57,851 nt of DNA from a virus (taxonomy: Duplodnaviria; Caudoviricetes), in IMG/VR virus record IMGVR_UViG_3300027840_000002, positions 1-57,851 of that record. The stretch is one strand, 5' to 3'. Positions 37,132 to 47,266 of the stretch are shown one piece after another. The position numbers and the translations under genes were made by a program. The number at the start of each line of letters is the position of its first letter. The first letter of the stretch is position 1. The notes beneath the pieces are model-generated. The model was given only the letters and a program-made list of their open reading frames with translations. It was not told the origin of the DNA and did not search any database.

Positions 37132-38484
37132 ATGGCTTCACAGAAACAGCCCGCAGGAGCATACAGCTACGGGCGTACCGCAAACAATGGCCTGATTCAG
37201 GTTGATGATGATTTCCTTCCAGCCTTACGCGGTGAATTGCGTAAACTCACGTTCCAGCAAATGTCACGTAATGATGAAACGCTGGGCGCACTGCGCACGC
37301 TGATCACTGCTGTGATGTTAACCGTACCGTGGGAAATGGATGCAGCAGAAGCTGACACGTCAAAAGAGTACGCCGATCTCGCTAAAAATATCGTAATCGA
37401 AAACATGGGTGACCCGGAAGATCCGTACCCTGGTGTATCTTTTAATGACTTCCTGCAAAATATTTACAGTACGTTTGAGTGGGGTTACAGCGTTTTTGAT
37501 GTCGTGACATATACTCGTCCCGATGGTCGTATCGGCATCAAAGAAATGATGATTATTGGACAGAACAGCGTTGAAGAATGGATGACCGATGATTTTGGTC
37601 GCGCCATTGCTGTTCGTCAGTTTGTACCGGTTGTGGGTATCAGTAAAATCATCACGCGTGATCGTTATGTCCACTTCATCAATCAGCCAAACTGCGGATC
37701 GCCGGAAGGTGAATCTATGTATCGATCCGCTTACAAGCCGTGGTTTTATAAAAAACGACTGCAGGAAATTGAGGCGGTACAGGCGGAGCGCGGAACAGGT
37801 TTACCAGTAGTCACCGTAGATGCACAGTTGAGTATTGACGCTGAGTCAGACGATCCGTTGATCAGCGGGCCGGCACGTGCTCTGATCGGCAGCTATCGCA
37901 AACTGGTCAGCGATATACGTTACAATAAAGAATCAGGTGTGGTTCTGTTCAGCAGTCCGTTCGAATCGACAGATGCGAATACCGGTCAGACCTCTTACAG
38001 CAACATCCGTACGGCTGAATTCCGTTTCGAAACACCTTCGCAGAGTAATGCCGTAAATCTTGATGCGGTCATTCGTCGCTATGATATCGCAATGGCGCGT
38101 ACCATACTGGCTGATTTCATGTTCCTGGGTACGAGCGGAAGCGGTGGTAACCGTTCACTGTCAGACAATAGCACATCAATGTTCCTGAAAGGTATTCAGG
38201 GGCGCCTGGAAAGCGTGGCATCAACGATTAACCGCCAGCTTATCCCGATGATCTGGAAACTAAACGGGTTACCTGATGAAATGCGACCTACTATCCGTGT
38301 CGGTACCGTGATGAAAGAGTCACTGACCACGCTGGGGACGTTCATTAGGGATCTGGCTGGTGCAGGTGCATTGACACCGGATGACGCGTTAGAAGGGTTC
38401 CTGCGCAGCGAGGGTGGGTTACCTGAAAAGTCTGACGAGTTGACCAGAGGTGCATTACCTTCACTCGATGATAACACCCCGTAA
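37132..38484 (+). CDS. Portal protein (DUF935-like)
   Basis: 450 aa; WGYSVFDV, SPEGES.YR.AY.PW.YK, ER..GLP, I.RYD..MAR.ILA.F, INRQLIP....LN. Confidence 0.9.
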   Translation: MASQKQPAGAYSYGRTANNGLIQVDDDFLPALRGELRKLTFQQMSRNDETLGALRTLITAVMLTVPWEMDAAEADTSKEYADLAKNIVIENMGDPEDPYPGVSFNDFLQNIYSTFEWGYSVFDVVTYTRPDGRIGIKEMMIIGQNSVEEWMTDDFGRAIAVRQFVPVVGISKIITRDRYVHFINQPNCGSPEGESMYRSAYKPWFYKKRLQEIEAVQAERGTGLPVVTVDAQLSIDAESDDPLISGPARALIGSYRKLVSDIRYNKESGVVLFSSPFESTDANTGQTSYSNIRTAEFRFETPSQSNAVNLDAVIRRYDIAMARTILADFMFLGTSGSGGNRSLSDNSTSMFLKGIQGRLESVASTINRQLIPMIWKLNGLPDEMRPTIRVGTVMKESLTTLGTFIRDLAGAGALTPDDALEGFLRSEGGLPEKSDELTRGALPSLDDNTP

Positions 38485-38497
38485 GGGGTGTTTTTAT
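38473..38497. terminator. Terminator after portal
   Basis: AACACCCC-GTAA-GGGGTGTT plus T run. Confidence 0.8.
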
Positions 38498-39247
38498 TTA
38501 CTCCTCATCTGCCAGGCGACTTACTGACAAGACACATACCTTTTGAAAACCATTATCTATTAATACTTTACTTTCCATTGATTCCAGATCTTTCATTGAC
38601 GGAGGTTTACCATCATCTCTGTAATTTACAAATCTCCCGAACCCGCTGTAATTATTTTTACTAAAACTATAACCGATCAACCATGCCTGTTTCATTTCTT
38701 ACCCCGTACAATTCGACACATATCATTGTAAATAACAGGATGTTTACGACAACCGGCAATGTTGCAATTGTGACAGTTACGTAAAAATGAGTCGTTGACA
38801 CTTTCATTAACCCAGTGCTTCAACACCCATCGCCGCCAGGTAAACCATTTGAATAACAAAATCATTCAGTCATCCCCCACAGTGGTTCAAGTTTTTCACC
38901 GAACAATTCAGCGGCACGATGACCCGGTGATCCGTGCAATACTGAGGACACTCGACCACGCCGATCGGTACGTACATAAGCACGCGGCGTTTTCATTGAC
39001 TTTTCAATTTTCAGCAGACGTTCTGCCATTGTGTTAAAACTCTCACCGTAATTCATACACATGCCCTCATAATAACCAGTTGATTAATCAGATCGTCCAG
39101 GTGGTCACGCAGCGCCTGTTCGCAGTCTTTACGCGATTCATCTTTGTAAGTCTGCAATTTGGTAAACACCAGATAATCGCGCTCGTAAGTCGTCTTACCG
39201 TTCGATCCGTTCTTTTCGCGTATCTCTAACATTGGGATAGTTGTCAT
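38498..39247 (-). CDS. Four small antisense hypothetical genes (38498-38695, 38692-38865, 38862-39056, 39053-39247)
   Basis: ATGA-coupled chain of 57-65 aa ORFs. Confidence 0.65.
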
Positions 39248-39331
39248 ACTGTACTCTATAAAATAATTATTGACAATGTAAATCTACACCGCTAAATTGT
39301 TACTGTCAACGTAAACAACTAAGGACCGGAA

Positions 39332-39922
39332 ATGAAACTGATAGATCTGTTAAAAATTGAGTTACCAAAGCGGGGCGGATGGCCTAAAGGTATGATTAAG
39401 TGCTGTCAAAGTATTTCTGATAGCGAGTTATATTTTTATGACGATGATGATTCGGACGAGATACGTTTTAAATTTTACCCTTCGTGTAAAACAACAACAG
39501 AAGAAAGAGTGAACGGTTATTTTTATGTCACCCGTGAAGAATATGAACAGGCTATGAGTCAGCCACCTGGGTTTCATCTACCGACACACACTATTGATGG
39601 GGAAAAATTTCAAGGAAATATATATTTTCGTGTATCTGAAAATGTTAAACACTCCGCTCATTCTTTCCTGGAGAAAGGTGTACAGCACATGAAAGATCGT
39701 GCCGCGCAACGTGATATTGAAGGCGGTGAGCGGAGTATGAAAGCGTGTGTTGATGCATTCAATGCGATGTTCGGTCACAGTCTGACTGAAACCGAAGGAT
39801 GGCAGTTCATGGTGCTGCTTAAGATGGCGCGTAGCCGTAATAAATTTAACCCTGATGACTATGAAGACGCAGCAGCGTATAGTGGTCTGGCAGGTGAGGC
39901 ACGCAGTAATGAAAAGAAATGA
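39332..39922 (+). CDS. Two-domain protein with C-terminal DUF6378-like domain
   Basis: Promoter TTGACA-17-TAAATT; C-terminal GWQFMVLLKMAR....DDYEDAAAYSGLAGE; N-terminus paralogous to 50576-51184. Confidence 0.7.
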   Translation: MKLIDLLKIELPKRGGWPKGMIKCCQSISDSELYFYDDDDSDEIRFKFYPSCKTTTEERVNGYFYVTREEYEQAMSQPPGFHLPTHTIDGEKFQGNIYFRVSENVKHSAHSFLEKGVQHMKDRAAQRDIEGGERSMKACVDAFNAMFGHSLTETEGWQFMVLLKMARSRNKFNPDDYEDAAAYSGLAGEARSNEKK

Positions 39923-40486
39923 TCTGATCGTTCTCGCTGAAGACATGCGTAAAGAAGCACAAGGTTATCGGGGTCAGAATAACCATCAGCGTGCCGGCGG
40001 ACTGGAGCGGGCAGCAACGATGCTTGAGTCGCTACTCGCCCGTGAAATTCGCTACGTAGGCGGTGAGCAGGCCATCGAAGGTGATACAGTAATGTGTGGT
40101 GGCGAACAGTTTCGGGTCGATCGTATTGATTACCAGCACGGTGTGTTAAAATCATACATTGACCCGACAGGCTACGCAGCATCAAGCTGTGTTTTAATTT
40201 CGCGGGGGTGAATATGATCCGTGACGGCACTTACGATAATCGTTCTGCACAAATGCGTGAATACTGGATTGACGGTAACTGTTATGACTGTCACCCTGCT
40301 GTAATTATTAATGCTGCATGTGTAGAACAGCCTCATGCCGTAAAACCTTTCGGTTATTACCCCGAGGTGGTCTGGCAACCATCAGCATGGTTGTTACCAG
40401 ATACTGAAAGCCGGGTGATAAAATCGATAGTAACTATTGATGCATTCATTCACAGGATGATTAAAAGTGCCGGATCCGTATCCTAA
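39909..40486 (+). CDS. Two hypothetical genes (39909-40211, 40208-40486)
   Basis: Coupled ORFs with SD. Confidence 0.6.
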
Positions 40487-41396
40487 ACTCGCAAATAAAA
40501 CTGAAGCGGCTATATATGCCGCTTTAATCGATGTGTGGAAAGCTGTCCGCACGTCTTATTCCCTCAAAGAAATCGAGCAGATCTATCTTACATCCGGCGT
40601 ACCTGGTGTGATGGCGATGCTTGACAATCTTGATCCGCTGATCGCTAACCGACTGTCGCCGGTTCTGCAGTCGTCAATGATCGAGTCGGGACGTATAGTC
40701 ATTGAGATACTTCCGGCACTGGCTATAACCACGCCAGCCTGGTTGCCCGCCCTCAGCATCAGCGCATCTAATGCTGCTATGAGATATGAACTCGATCTGA
40801 TACGCCAGATCAGCGACACGACAAAAGCCGCTGTGAGACAGTCCGTAGTGGAAGCTGTTGCAACAGGTAAACCGCCTGCAGCGATCGCCAGGCAGTTCCG
40901 TAGCACACTGGGTATCACCGACGGTCAGCAGGTGTGGGTGAGTAATTATCGTAAAGCGCTTGAAAATGGCGATAAGAAAGCACTTACGTATGAACTGCGT
41001 GATAAACGCTTTGATGCATCAGTGCGCGCCGGCACACTATCACAGGATAAGATTGATACGTTGGTGCAACGTTACGAGGAAAAGCTCGTCATATACCGAT
41101 CTAAAGTTATTGCGCGCACAGAGTCATTACGCGCGGTTGAAATAGGTCAGTATGAAAGTGTACGGCAGGGGATGGATAACGGTAATATCGACCCAAATCT
41201 TGAAAAAGGATGGGTGACTACTAAAGATGGGCGTGAACGCGACTGGCATTACGACCTGTCAAACAAATGGGTAAATTTCAATGACTATTTTATCAATAGT
41301 CACGGTCAACTACTTTACCCACGCGATCCCAATGGTGCGTCCAGTAATACCGTTCAGTGCCGGTGCAGACTTCGTTACAGATTATCTACAAGCTGA
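40467..41396 (+). CDS. Head morphogenesis / minor head protein (Mu gpF / SPP1 gp7-like)
   Basis: R..VIARTE, K.W.T..D.RER..H, YPRDP......QCRC. Confidence 0.9.
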   Translation: MPDPYPKLANKTEAAIYAALIDVWKAVRTSYSLKEIEQIYLTSGVPGVMAMLDNLDPLIANRLSPVLQSSMIESGRIVIEILPALAITTPAWLPALSISASNAAMRYELDLIRQISDTTKAAVRQSVVEAVATGKPPAAIARQFRSTLGITDGQQVWVSNYRKALENGDKKALTYELRDKRFDASVRAGTLSQDKIDTLVQRYEEKLVIYRSKVIARTESLRAVEIGQYESVRQGMDNGNIDPNLEKGWVTTKDGRERDWHYDLSNKWVNFNDYFINSHGQLLYPRDPNGASSNTVQCRCRLRYRLSTS

Positions 41397-41815
41397 CGGA
41401 CCGTCGATTTAGGTAAATACATCACCTGAGCAATCTGATTAAACGACAGTCCGATATCTCTCAGACGTCGGGCTTCTTTCATATGGGCTGTGGTAAGTTT
41501 GTTGTATGGCTTTCGGTGATATGCAAGGTTAAGCCCGAGCACGTGAGCACGCATATTAACTGAAGCGTTAGTTTTACGGCAGGCAGCTGCGATCTGCGAT
41601 ACAGGGTGGTGACCTGCCATGTCGCGTAAGGTTGCATCCTGGCGTTCTGTCCAGCGTGATACACCTGCTGAGAAACGCACGCCCAGGGATCGGGCGCGGT
41701 TCTTCACACTGTTCAGATTCATACCTAACGCTTTAGCAACCTGACCACTCGTCATAGTGCTGACATTGCTGATAATGAACTGATCCTGCTCGTTAGTGAA
41801 TTTACGGTTTGTCAT
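41375..41815 (-). CDS. DNA-binding protein (two Myb/GcrA-like repeats plus HTH)
   Basis: FT.EQD...QVA.ALG....SV..RA..LG twice, then GLSFNQIAQVMYLPKSTV. Confidence 0.75.
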   Translation of the reverse strand: MTNRKFTNEQDQFIISNVSTMTSGQVAKALGMNLNSVKNRARSLGVRFSAGVSRWTERQDATLRDMAGHHPVSQIAAACRKTNASVNMRAHVLGLNLAYHRKPYNKLTTAHMKEARRLRDIGLSFNQIAQVMYLPKSTVRQLVDNL

Positions 41816-42093
41816 TTTCTTTTATCGCCGCATTTAACGCCTATACCCATTGTCATGATAGATTCGGCGCATTGCACTAACGCGTCATTGAATCCATCAT
41901 CCTGTGCGCGCGCTTCTGGATAGCTATTGTGCTTGAATGGCTTTTGTGCTGGTAGTTCAATCTCAATAGCTGCGCGTGATGCCTGCCATATTTCCCACGC
42001 ATCGCAAAACTCTGAGTGGTGTTTATCTCCACTTAAATACTTTTCTCCATACCTCTCGACGTACCACTCTTCAAACTGCGCTCGACTATCCAT
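41812..42093 (-). CDS. Hypothetical protein
   Basis: MDSRAQFEEW...WQASRAAIEIELP, a common phage early family; SD AGAGGA. Confidence 0.7.
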   Translation of the reverse strand: MDSRAQFEEWYVERYGEKYLSGDKHHSEFCDAWEIWQASRAAIEIELPAQKPFKHNSYPEARAQDDGFNDALVQCAESIMTMGIGVKCGDKRK

Positions 42094-42610
42094 TTCTTTT
42101 CCTCTATGTGTTTTCAGTAAAGATAACATAACACAGAATTATTTTAATGTGTATTCGATTTAGTTATAACGAATAGATATTTTTGAAGTCACGGCTTAAG
42201 TACGATTTGTAATCTATCGTAACAAAACGTAACCTATCTATTTTAGTCATGCTTATCGGATTAGCTACCAGAAAATCACTAAAATTTAAGACCGCACTAA
42301 AAATGTCCGGTCGTTCGGGAAGTCTTGGGAGAGTAAGGTTGAATGCTATTTTTCCAAAACCCCGAACACGCCAAACTCCTTTTATAGTGATCTGATCCAA
42401 TTACATCACTACCTCCTTATCACTCTGTATTATGAATTTATTAAAAGTAAGGGGAGTAAGGGGGAAAGTCAGTAATGGCGCTAGGTCCCTTAACTGGTCG
42501 TACCACAAAACCTGTCAGGTATAAGGGGTTTCTAATATTACTATTAGTAAAACTAATACTGTTGCACTTGACAAAATGCAGTGATATTATTCTTCGCAGG
42601 AGGAAAACAC

Positions 42611-42994
42611 ATGTCTGATAACGTTATCAAAGTTGACACCGGTCGCCGTCTTGTTTTCGGATGGGCGCAGGTTTGCACTAAAAACGGTGAAGATTACTAT
42701 GACACCGACGCACAGCATATCCCCGAAAATGTAACGCTCGACGCCTGGTCTGATTTCATGCGCAACGGTCGTGTGAATAAAGCGATGCATGCCGGCGATC
42801 AGGTCGGTGATGTTGCTTTCGCGTTTCCTGCCTACCCTGAAATTTTTAAATCTCTCGGTCTGAGCATCGGCGATCAGTCAGGTATTATCGTCGGCGTGTA
42901 TGTTAACGATGATGATGTTCTGAATAAGTACCACACTGGCGTTTACAAAGGTTTCAGTGTGGGCGGATCAGCTAACTGGGAGGATGTCGAATAA
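42611..42994 (+). CDS. XkdF-like prohead serine protease
   Basis: RLVFGWA, MHAG, G.YKGFSVGG; SD AGGAGG. Confidence 0.8.
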   Translation: MSDNVIKVDTGRRLVFGWAQVCTKNGEDYYDTDAQHIPENVTLDAWSDFMRNGRVNKAMHAGDQVGDVAFAFPAYPEIFKSLGLSIGDQSGIIVGVYVNDDDVLNKYHTGVYKGFSVGGSANWEDVE

Positions 42995-44214
42995 TGCGAT
43001 TCGACGGTAAGTCAAACAAACAGCGTGCACGTGCGTTTAAACTCACTGAACTTTCAGGCGTTACCACACCGGCACACACCGGTGCTGACGTGACAATTTT
43101 CAAAGCTGCCGGTGAAGTTTATGCGTATAAGCCAAAAGACGGTGAGCCGAAATTACGCATTGACGATGCAACGCATGTCGGTGCAGCAATCGCGGCACTC
43201 GGCCCGAAGGGTTTTCGCGGCAACAAAGTTCAGATCCCTGAAGCCGATCTACCGGGCGTTATTGCACGTGTGCGTGCAGCCTGGCGTAAATTCCATCCTG
43301 ACATGACTGATGAAGATATGCCTGCTGCGATCCGCAAATTCGGCGATATGTTTAAATCAGCTTTCACTGAAGCTGTAGCAGAAGAACAGGCAAAAAGACA
43401 GGTTGATTTGCAAACACGTGCAGTGTGGGATACAATCTGGCTGAATGAGTGTGCATTACGTGAAGCAATTGAAATGGCGGCTGAAAACGGGGAACCGATT
43501 AAACCAATTATTTCAGATTTCGTAATGAACCTCGCGCGAAGTCTTTTAACCAACGAGGATCCTGCAATGTCCGCAGAACTGCAAAAACAGTTAGACGAGG
43601 CGAAGGCGCAGAACGCCGTACTTACCGCAGAGGCGGGCATGAACGACGCGCAGAAAGCCTATTACAGTACGCTGGATGAAACCGCTAAGGCTTCTTTCCG
43701 TACATTTGACCCTTCAACACGTGACGCGATGGTCAGTACCGCTAAAGCAGGTGATGAATCACTTGATGTTAACGGCGCTACCATTATGAAATCTGCTGTA
43801 GGTGATGCTACTTTCCAGATCCTGAAATCACAGCAGGCCGAAATCGCTGTTCAGAAAGAAGCTTCAACTGTCGCTAAATTTACTGAAATGGCTAAATCTG
43901 CCGATTTCGTCACTCTGCCTGGTGAGCTTACTGTTAAAGCTGCCGCGCTGCGCGCTATCGACGCAATGCCTGATGTGGCTAAAGCCGCTGTGACAGCAAT
44001 GCTGAAAGCGGGCAATGAAGCTATGAAAGCTCGCCATGCTCCAGCAGGTCACCATGTTTCGCTGGATGAAGGTATGACCGCCCAGGATAAACTGGACAGC
44101 ATGGCTAAAGCTTACGCTGAAAAAAATCAGACTACCTTTGAACAGGCTTCCGTAAAAGTAATGGAAACCCGTGAAGGTGCTGAACTGTACAAACTGATCT
44201 CTGAGGGTAAATAA
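42994..44214 (+). CDS. Scaffolding protein with protease-like N-terminal strand and DUF6582-like insert
   Basis: LTELSGVTTPAHTGA; KLRIDDATHVGAA...RVRAAWRKF; Ala/Lys-rich coiled coil. Confidence 0.75.
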   Translation: MRFDGKSNKQRARAFKLTELSGVTTPAHTGADVTIFKAAGEVYAYKPKDGEPKLRIDDATHVGAAIAALGPKGFRGNKVQIPEADLPGVIARVRAAWRKFHPDMTDEDMPAAIRKFGDMFKSAFTEAVAEEQAKRQVDLQTRAVWDTIWLNECALREAIEMAAENGEPIKPIISDFVMNLARSLLTNEDPAMSAELQKQLDEAKAQNAVLTAEAGMNDAQKAYYSTLDETAKASFRTFDPSTRDAMVSTAKAGDESLDVNGATIMKSAVGDATFQILKSQQAEIAVQKEASTVAKFTEMAKSADFVTLPGELTVKAAALRAIDAMPDVAKAAVTAMLKAGNEAMKARHAPAGHHVSLDEGMTAQDKLDSMAKAYAEKNQTTFEQASVKVMETREGAELYKLISEGK

Positions 44215-44216
44215 TC

Positions 44217-44603
44217 ATGGCACATACTTATGCTGCGCAGGATATCTCACATCTGACCGGTGCCGCCGTTGCCTTCGGACAGATCGTAAAGTTTAGCGGC
44301 GTCGACGCTCAAAACGCCGGGCTGGCTGTTCCATGCTCTACCGCCGGCGAGCAGGCTGTAGGTGTAGCGGCTTCCGCTGCCACGGCTTCAGGTGAAACGC
44401 TGATGATTACCGTTGGCGGTGTATGTAAAGCGCTTTTCGGCGCAACCGTTGCACCAGGTGTTCGTTTTACCACTAACGCGTCAGGTCGTGTGATTGCAGC
44501 TGCTGCAGGTCAGGCTGTACTGGGTACTGTTGTACTGGGTGCCGGTAACGGTGAGATCGGTTCTGTTCTGTTCGATAAAGATGGCACCGTGCCTTCTGCC
44601 TAA
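44217..44603 (+). CDS. Capsid decoration / cement protein
   Basis: 128-aa Gly/Ala-rich beta protein between scaffold and capsid genes. Confidence 0.75.
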   Translation: MAHTYAAQDISHLTGAAVAFGQIVKFSGVDAQNAGLAVPCSTAGEQAVGVAASAATASGETLMITVGGVCKALFGATVAPGVRFTTNASGRVIAAAAGQAVLGTVVLGAGNGEIGSVLFDKDGTVPSA

Positions 44604-44618
44604 TAAGGGGATAATTAA

Positions 44619-45617
44619 ATGAGTTCTGCTAACCAGCCCGGTATTCAGTCAGTACACGTCAACCGCCCGCTAACTAACATCTCTGTCGCTATGTGGCAGG
44701 ATCCGTCTGTTTTCGCGTTCAACCGTGTATTCCCGAACATTCCTGTTCAAAACAAGTCAGACACCTATTTCAAATTCCGCCTGGCTGATTCACTGCGCGA
44801 TGATATGCGTCCGCGTGCACCGGGTGCTGAATCAGCAGGGTCTGGCTACAACTACGACCAGGACAACTACAGCATTAATGTGTATGCTCTGCATCACGAC
44901 ATCGCGGATCAGATCCGTGCTAACGCTGATTCCCCACTACAGCTGGACCAGGATACAACACGCTGGCTCACCCAGCAGGCGATGATCCGTCAGGAACGTC
45001 TGTTCGCGACCCGTTATCTGACTTCCGGTACATGGGGTCTGGATATCACCGGTGTAGCCGCCACACCAACCGGTAATCAGGTTCTGAAATGGACTGATGA
45101 CGCTTCTGACCCTGTGGCTGATGTCAAGAAATATATGACTCAGGTGCAACTGCTGTCAGGTGTTCGTCCTAACGTTCTGGTTCTTTCTCAGGATGTGCGT
45201 GACGCACTGGATACCAATCCGGCGATTATTGACCGCATCAAGTACTCAGGCGGTATTAGCAACAATACACCTGTTGTCGTTAATGATAGCGCGCTGGCTG
45301 CAGTATTCGGTGTTGAAGAGGTGATTGTGTCCGGCGCTATCGCCGCAACCAGCGCTGAAGGTGCAACTACACTGGTAAATCAGTTTATCAGCACTGGTAC
45401 AGCACTGCTGGCATATCGCACCCGTACACCTGGCACCCAGGTTCCGACTGCAGGTTACCGCTTCTCATGGCGCGGTTACACCGGCAACAACGAAGGTATG
45501 CTGATCAAGAAATTCCGCATGGAACATCTGGAAGCAGACCGAGTTGAAGCAACCCTGGCGACTGATATGAAAGTATCATACGCTGCTGCAGGTGCGCTGT
45601 TCACCGCCCTGGTATGA
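44619..45617 (+). CDS. Major capsid protein
   Basis: 332 aa; LTNISVA, VFP.IPV, R.PG.E, DPVAD, RPN.LVL; followed by a strong terminator. Confidence 0.9.
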   Translation: MSSANQPGIQSVHVNRPLTNISVAMWQDPSVFAFNRVFPNIPVQNKSDTYFKFRLADSLRDDMRPRAPGAESAGSGYNYDQDNYSINVYALHHDIADQIRANADSPLQLDQDTTRWLTQQAMIRQERLFATRYLTSGTWGLDITGVAATPTGNQVLKWTDDASDPVADVKKYMTQVQLLSGVRPNVLVLSQDVRDALDTNPAIIDRIKYSGGISNNTPVVVNDSALAAVFGVEEVIVSGAIAATSAEGATTLVNQFISTGTALLAYRTRTPGTQVPTAGYRFSWRGYTGNNEGMLIKKFRMEHLEADRVEATLATDMKVSYAAAGALFTALV

Positions 45618-45624
45618 ATTGATT

Positions 45625-45647
45625 AGCCCGCTTCGGCGGGCTTTTTA
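45625..45647 (+). terminator. Terminator after capsid gene
   Basis: AGCCCGC-TTCG-GCGGGCT-TTTT. Confidence 0.85.
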
Positions 45648-45725
45648 TTACCAGAAAATTGAGATGACGACCAGCCAGAAAAGTGCACATCCTGCCAGCA
45701 TTACTAACCACGTCTTACGCTTCAT
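45648..45725 (-). CDS. 25-aa membrane micropeptide, YmiA-like
   Basis: MKRKTWLVMLAGCALFWLVVISIFW, SD GAGGT. Confidence 0.6.
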   Translation of the reverse strand: MKRKTWLVMLAGCALFWLVVISIFW

Positions 45726-45936
45726 TGGACACCTCGAATTTACCGTGTAAACCATCCAAAACATTTTGAAAAATCACGTCACCTTCATCATCAATTATTT
45801 CAAATGAGTGTTTACTGTTAATGCCACCGAACATATTTTTATCTCCTTGTCCGGAATAAACTCCATAACGTTTACCAACTGTTAAATAATCTGTACCTTC
45901 AGTTTCAATACATTTAACAAATTGACCTTTCTTCAT
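45715..45936 (-). CDS. Hypothetical protein
   Basis: VKCI....LTVGKRY.V motif; own promoter TTGACG-16-TAGACT. Confidence 0.7.
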   Translation of the reverse strand: MKKGQFVKCIETEGTDYLTVGKRYGVYSGQGDKNMFGGINSKHSFEIIDDEGDVIFQNVLDGLHGKFEVSNEA

Positions 45937-46056
45937 TTCGTAACCCTCACTGTTTAAACTGCATTCAGTCTATCATACCTGTGTACACCGTCAATAATTA
46001 TTTTAACCTATCAGATAAACCGCACAGGTTGTATACTATCTGACGGAGGTAACACG

Positions 46057-46437
46057 ATGGAAAACTTTAACCGTTTCAAACCTGTATTTGCCCGTTTCCC
46101 GTTCATGTTCAATGGTGAAAAGTACGAACCAGGCGATCTGTTCGAAGCTCAACCGCACATCGTTCAACGCATGTGGTTTGCGCGTAAACTGACACATATC
46201 GGCGAAGTGACAACTGACGAAGTGACAACTGACGAAGTGACAACTGACGAAGTGACAACTGACGAAGTGACAACTGACGAAGTGAGTGCTGTTAGCCTCG
46301 AACACACAGGTGCAGGCTGGTATAACGTACTCATGCACGGTGCGGTAATAAATCCTGAAAAAATCAAAGGTAAACAGAGAGCTGTTGATTGGGCTGTTGA
46401 AACACTCGGCGTTACTGCTGAAGATATCGAGGCATAA
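46057..46437 (+). CDS. Head-associated protein with (TTDEV)5 linker
   Basis: SD GGAGGT; position after the capsid gene. Confidence 0.65.
   Translation: MENFNRFKPVFARFPFMFNGEKYEPGDLFEAQPHIVQRMWFARKLTHIGEVTTDEVTTDEVTTDEVTTDEVTTDEVSAVSLEHTGAGWYNVLMHGAVINPEKIKGKQRAVDWAVETLGVTAEDIEA
46203..46285 (+). repeat. Perfect 15-bp tandem repeat, ~5.5 copies
   Basis: CGAAGTGACAACTGA repeated. Confidence 0.95.
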
Positions 46438-46439
46438 TT

Positions 46440-46841
46440 ATGGCTGACCAGTCAAAGATCGACCTGGTGAAACTGTTCTTCAACGGCAACAACACCATTC
46501 AGTCACAGTGGACAGATGAACAGATCGGTACTTTGCTGGATGCCGGTATGTCACCTATTGATTGTGCAATTTTTATGGTTGACAGCACGATGTCGCTGTA
46601 CACCACCAAACCTAACATTAAAGTCGGTCAGATTTCACTGGACTGGAATGCAGTGATTAACGGTTTGAACAAACTTAAACTGGATCTGGTTTATCGTAAA
46701 AATCAGGGCGCCGGTGACCCAGGCGGATCGGGTGGAAGTGTAAATCGCCGCATCGGCGGTGCAATTTTCACTGGCGGTTGCATTCCGCGTAAGTTTGAAG
46801 ATGGTCAGCTGGATAACCCGCCTTTTTCGGACTATCCGTAA
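46440..46841 (+). CDS. Head-tail adaptor (putative)
   Basis: TDEQI..LL motif, size and position. Confidence 0.6.
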   Translation: MADQSKIDLVKLFFNGNNTIQSQWTDEQIGTLLDAGMSPIDCAIFMVDSTMSLYTTKPNIKVGQISLDWNAVINGLNKLKLDLVYRKNQGAGDPGGSGGSVNRRIGGAIFTGGCIPRKFEDGQLDNPPFSDYP

Positions 46842-47266
46842 TGGGAAATATTTCATACGCAGTAGATGTACTTGAAGGTGTTCAGACAGCGATCGCTGAG
46901 ATTGGGGAGCAGGCTACAATCAGCCGTAGTACGCAAATGCGCGATCCTGCAAACCCTACAAAGCAGATTACCGTTACCGAAGAGTGGACAGTTATCGGCG
47001 CGCTAATGGGTCCGGTTAGTCGTTTTGATAACGCGACACAGACTGTACGCCAGGTAACTCAGTGGTATACAGATCTGCTGTCTGTACAGAACTCTGTAGG
47101 TGCATATCTGAACACCATCATATCGGGCATACCTGCGATCACCTGGGTAAGTAAAGAAGGTGATACAGTTACCTTGAGCGACGGTACAGAATTCGTGTTG
47201 CTGCAGAACGAACAACCACGGATCAGCGGTATTCAGTGCGCTGCATTTCATGAGGTGGCGGGCTAA
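46841..47266 (+). CDS. Head closure protein (putative)
   Basis: Size, position, beta-rich. Confidence 0.55.
   Translation: MGNISYAVDVLEGVQTAIAEIGEQATISRSTQMRDPANPTKQITVTEEWTVIGALMGPVSRFDNATQTVRQVTQWYTDLLSVQNSVGAYLNTIISGIPAITWVSKEGDTVTLSDGTEFVLLQNEQPRISGIQCAAFHEVAG

Noticed and set aside
42164-42400. 78-aa minus-strand ORF with TTG start
   Set aside because: Possible (AAGGAGG lies ~12 nt upstream), but there is no motif support and it sits in an AT-rich gap; left uncalled.
46203-46285. Tandem repeat as a mini-CRISPR array
   Set aside because: No spacers; in-frame coding repeat.
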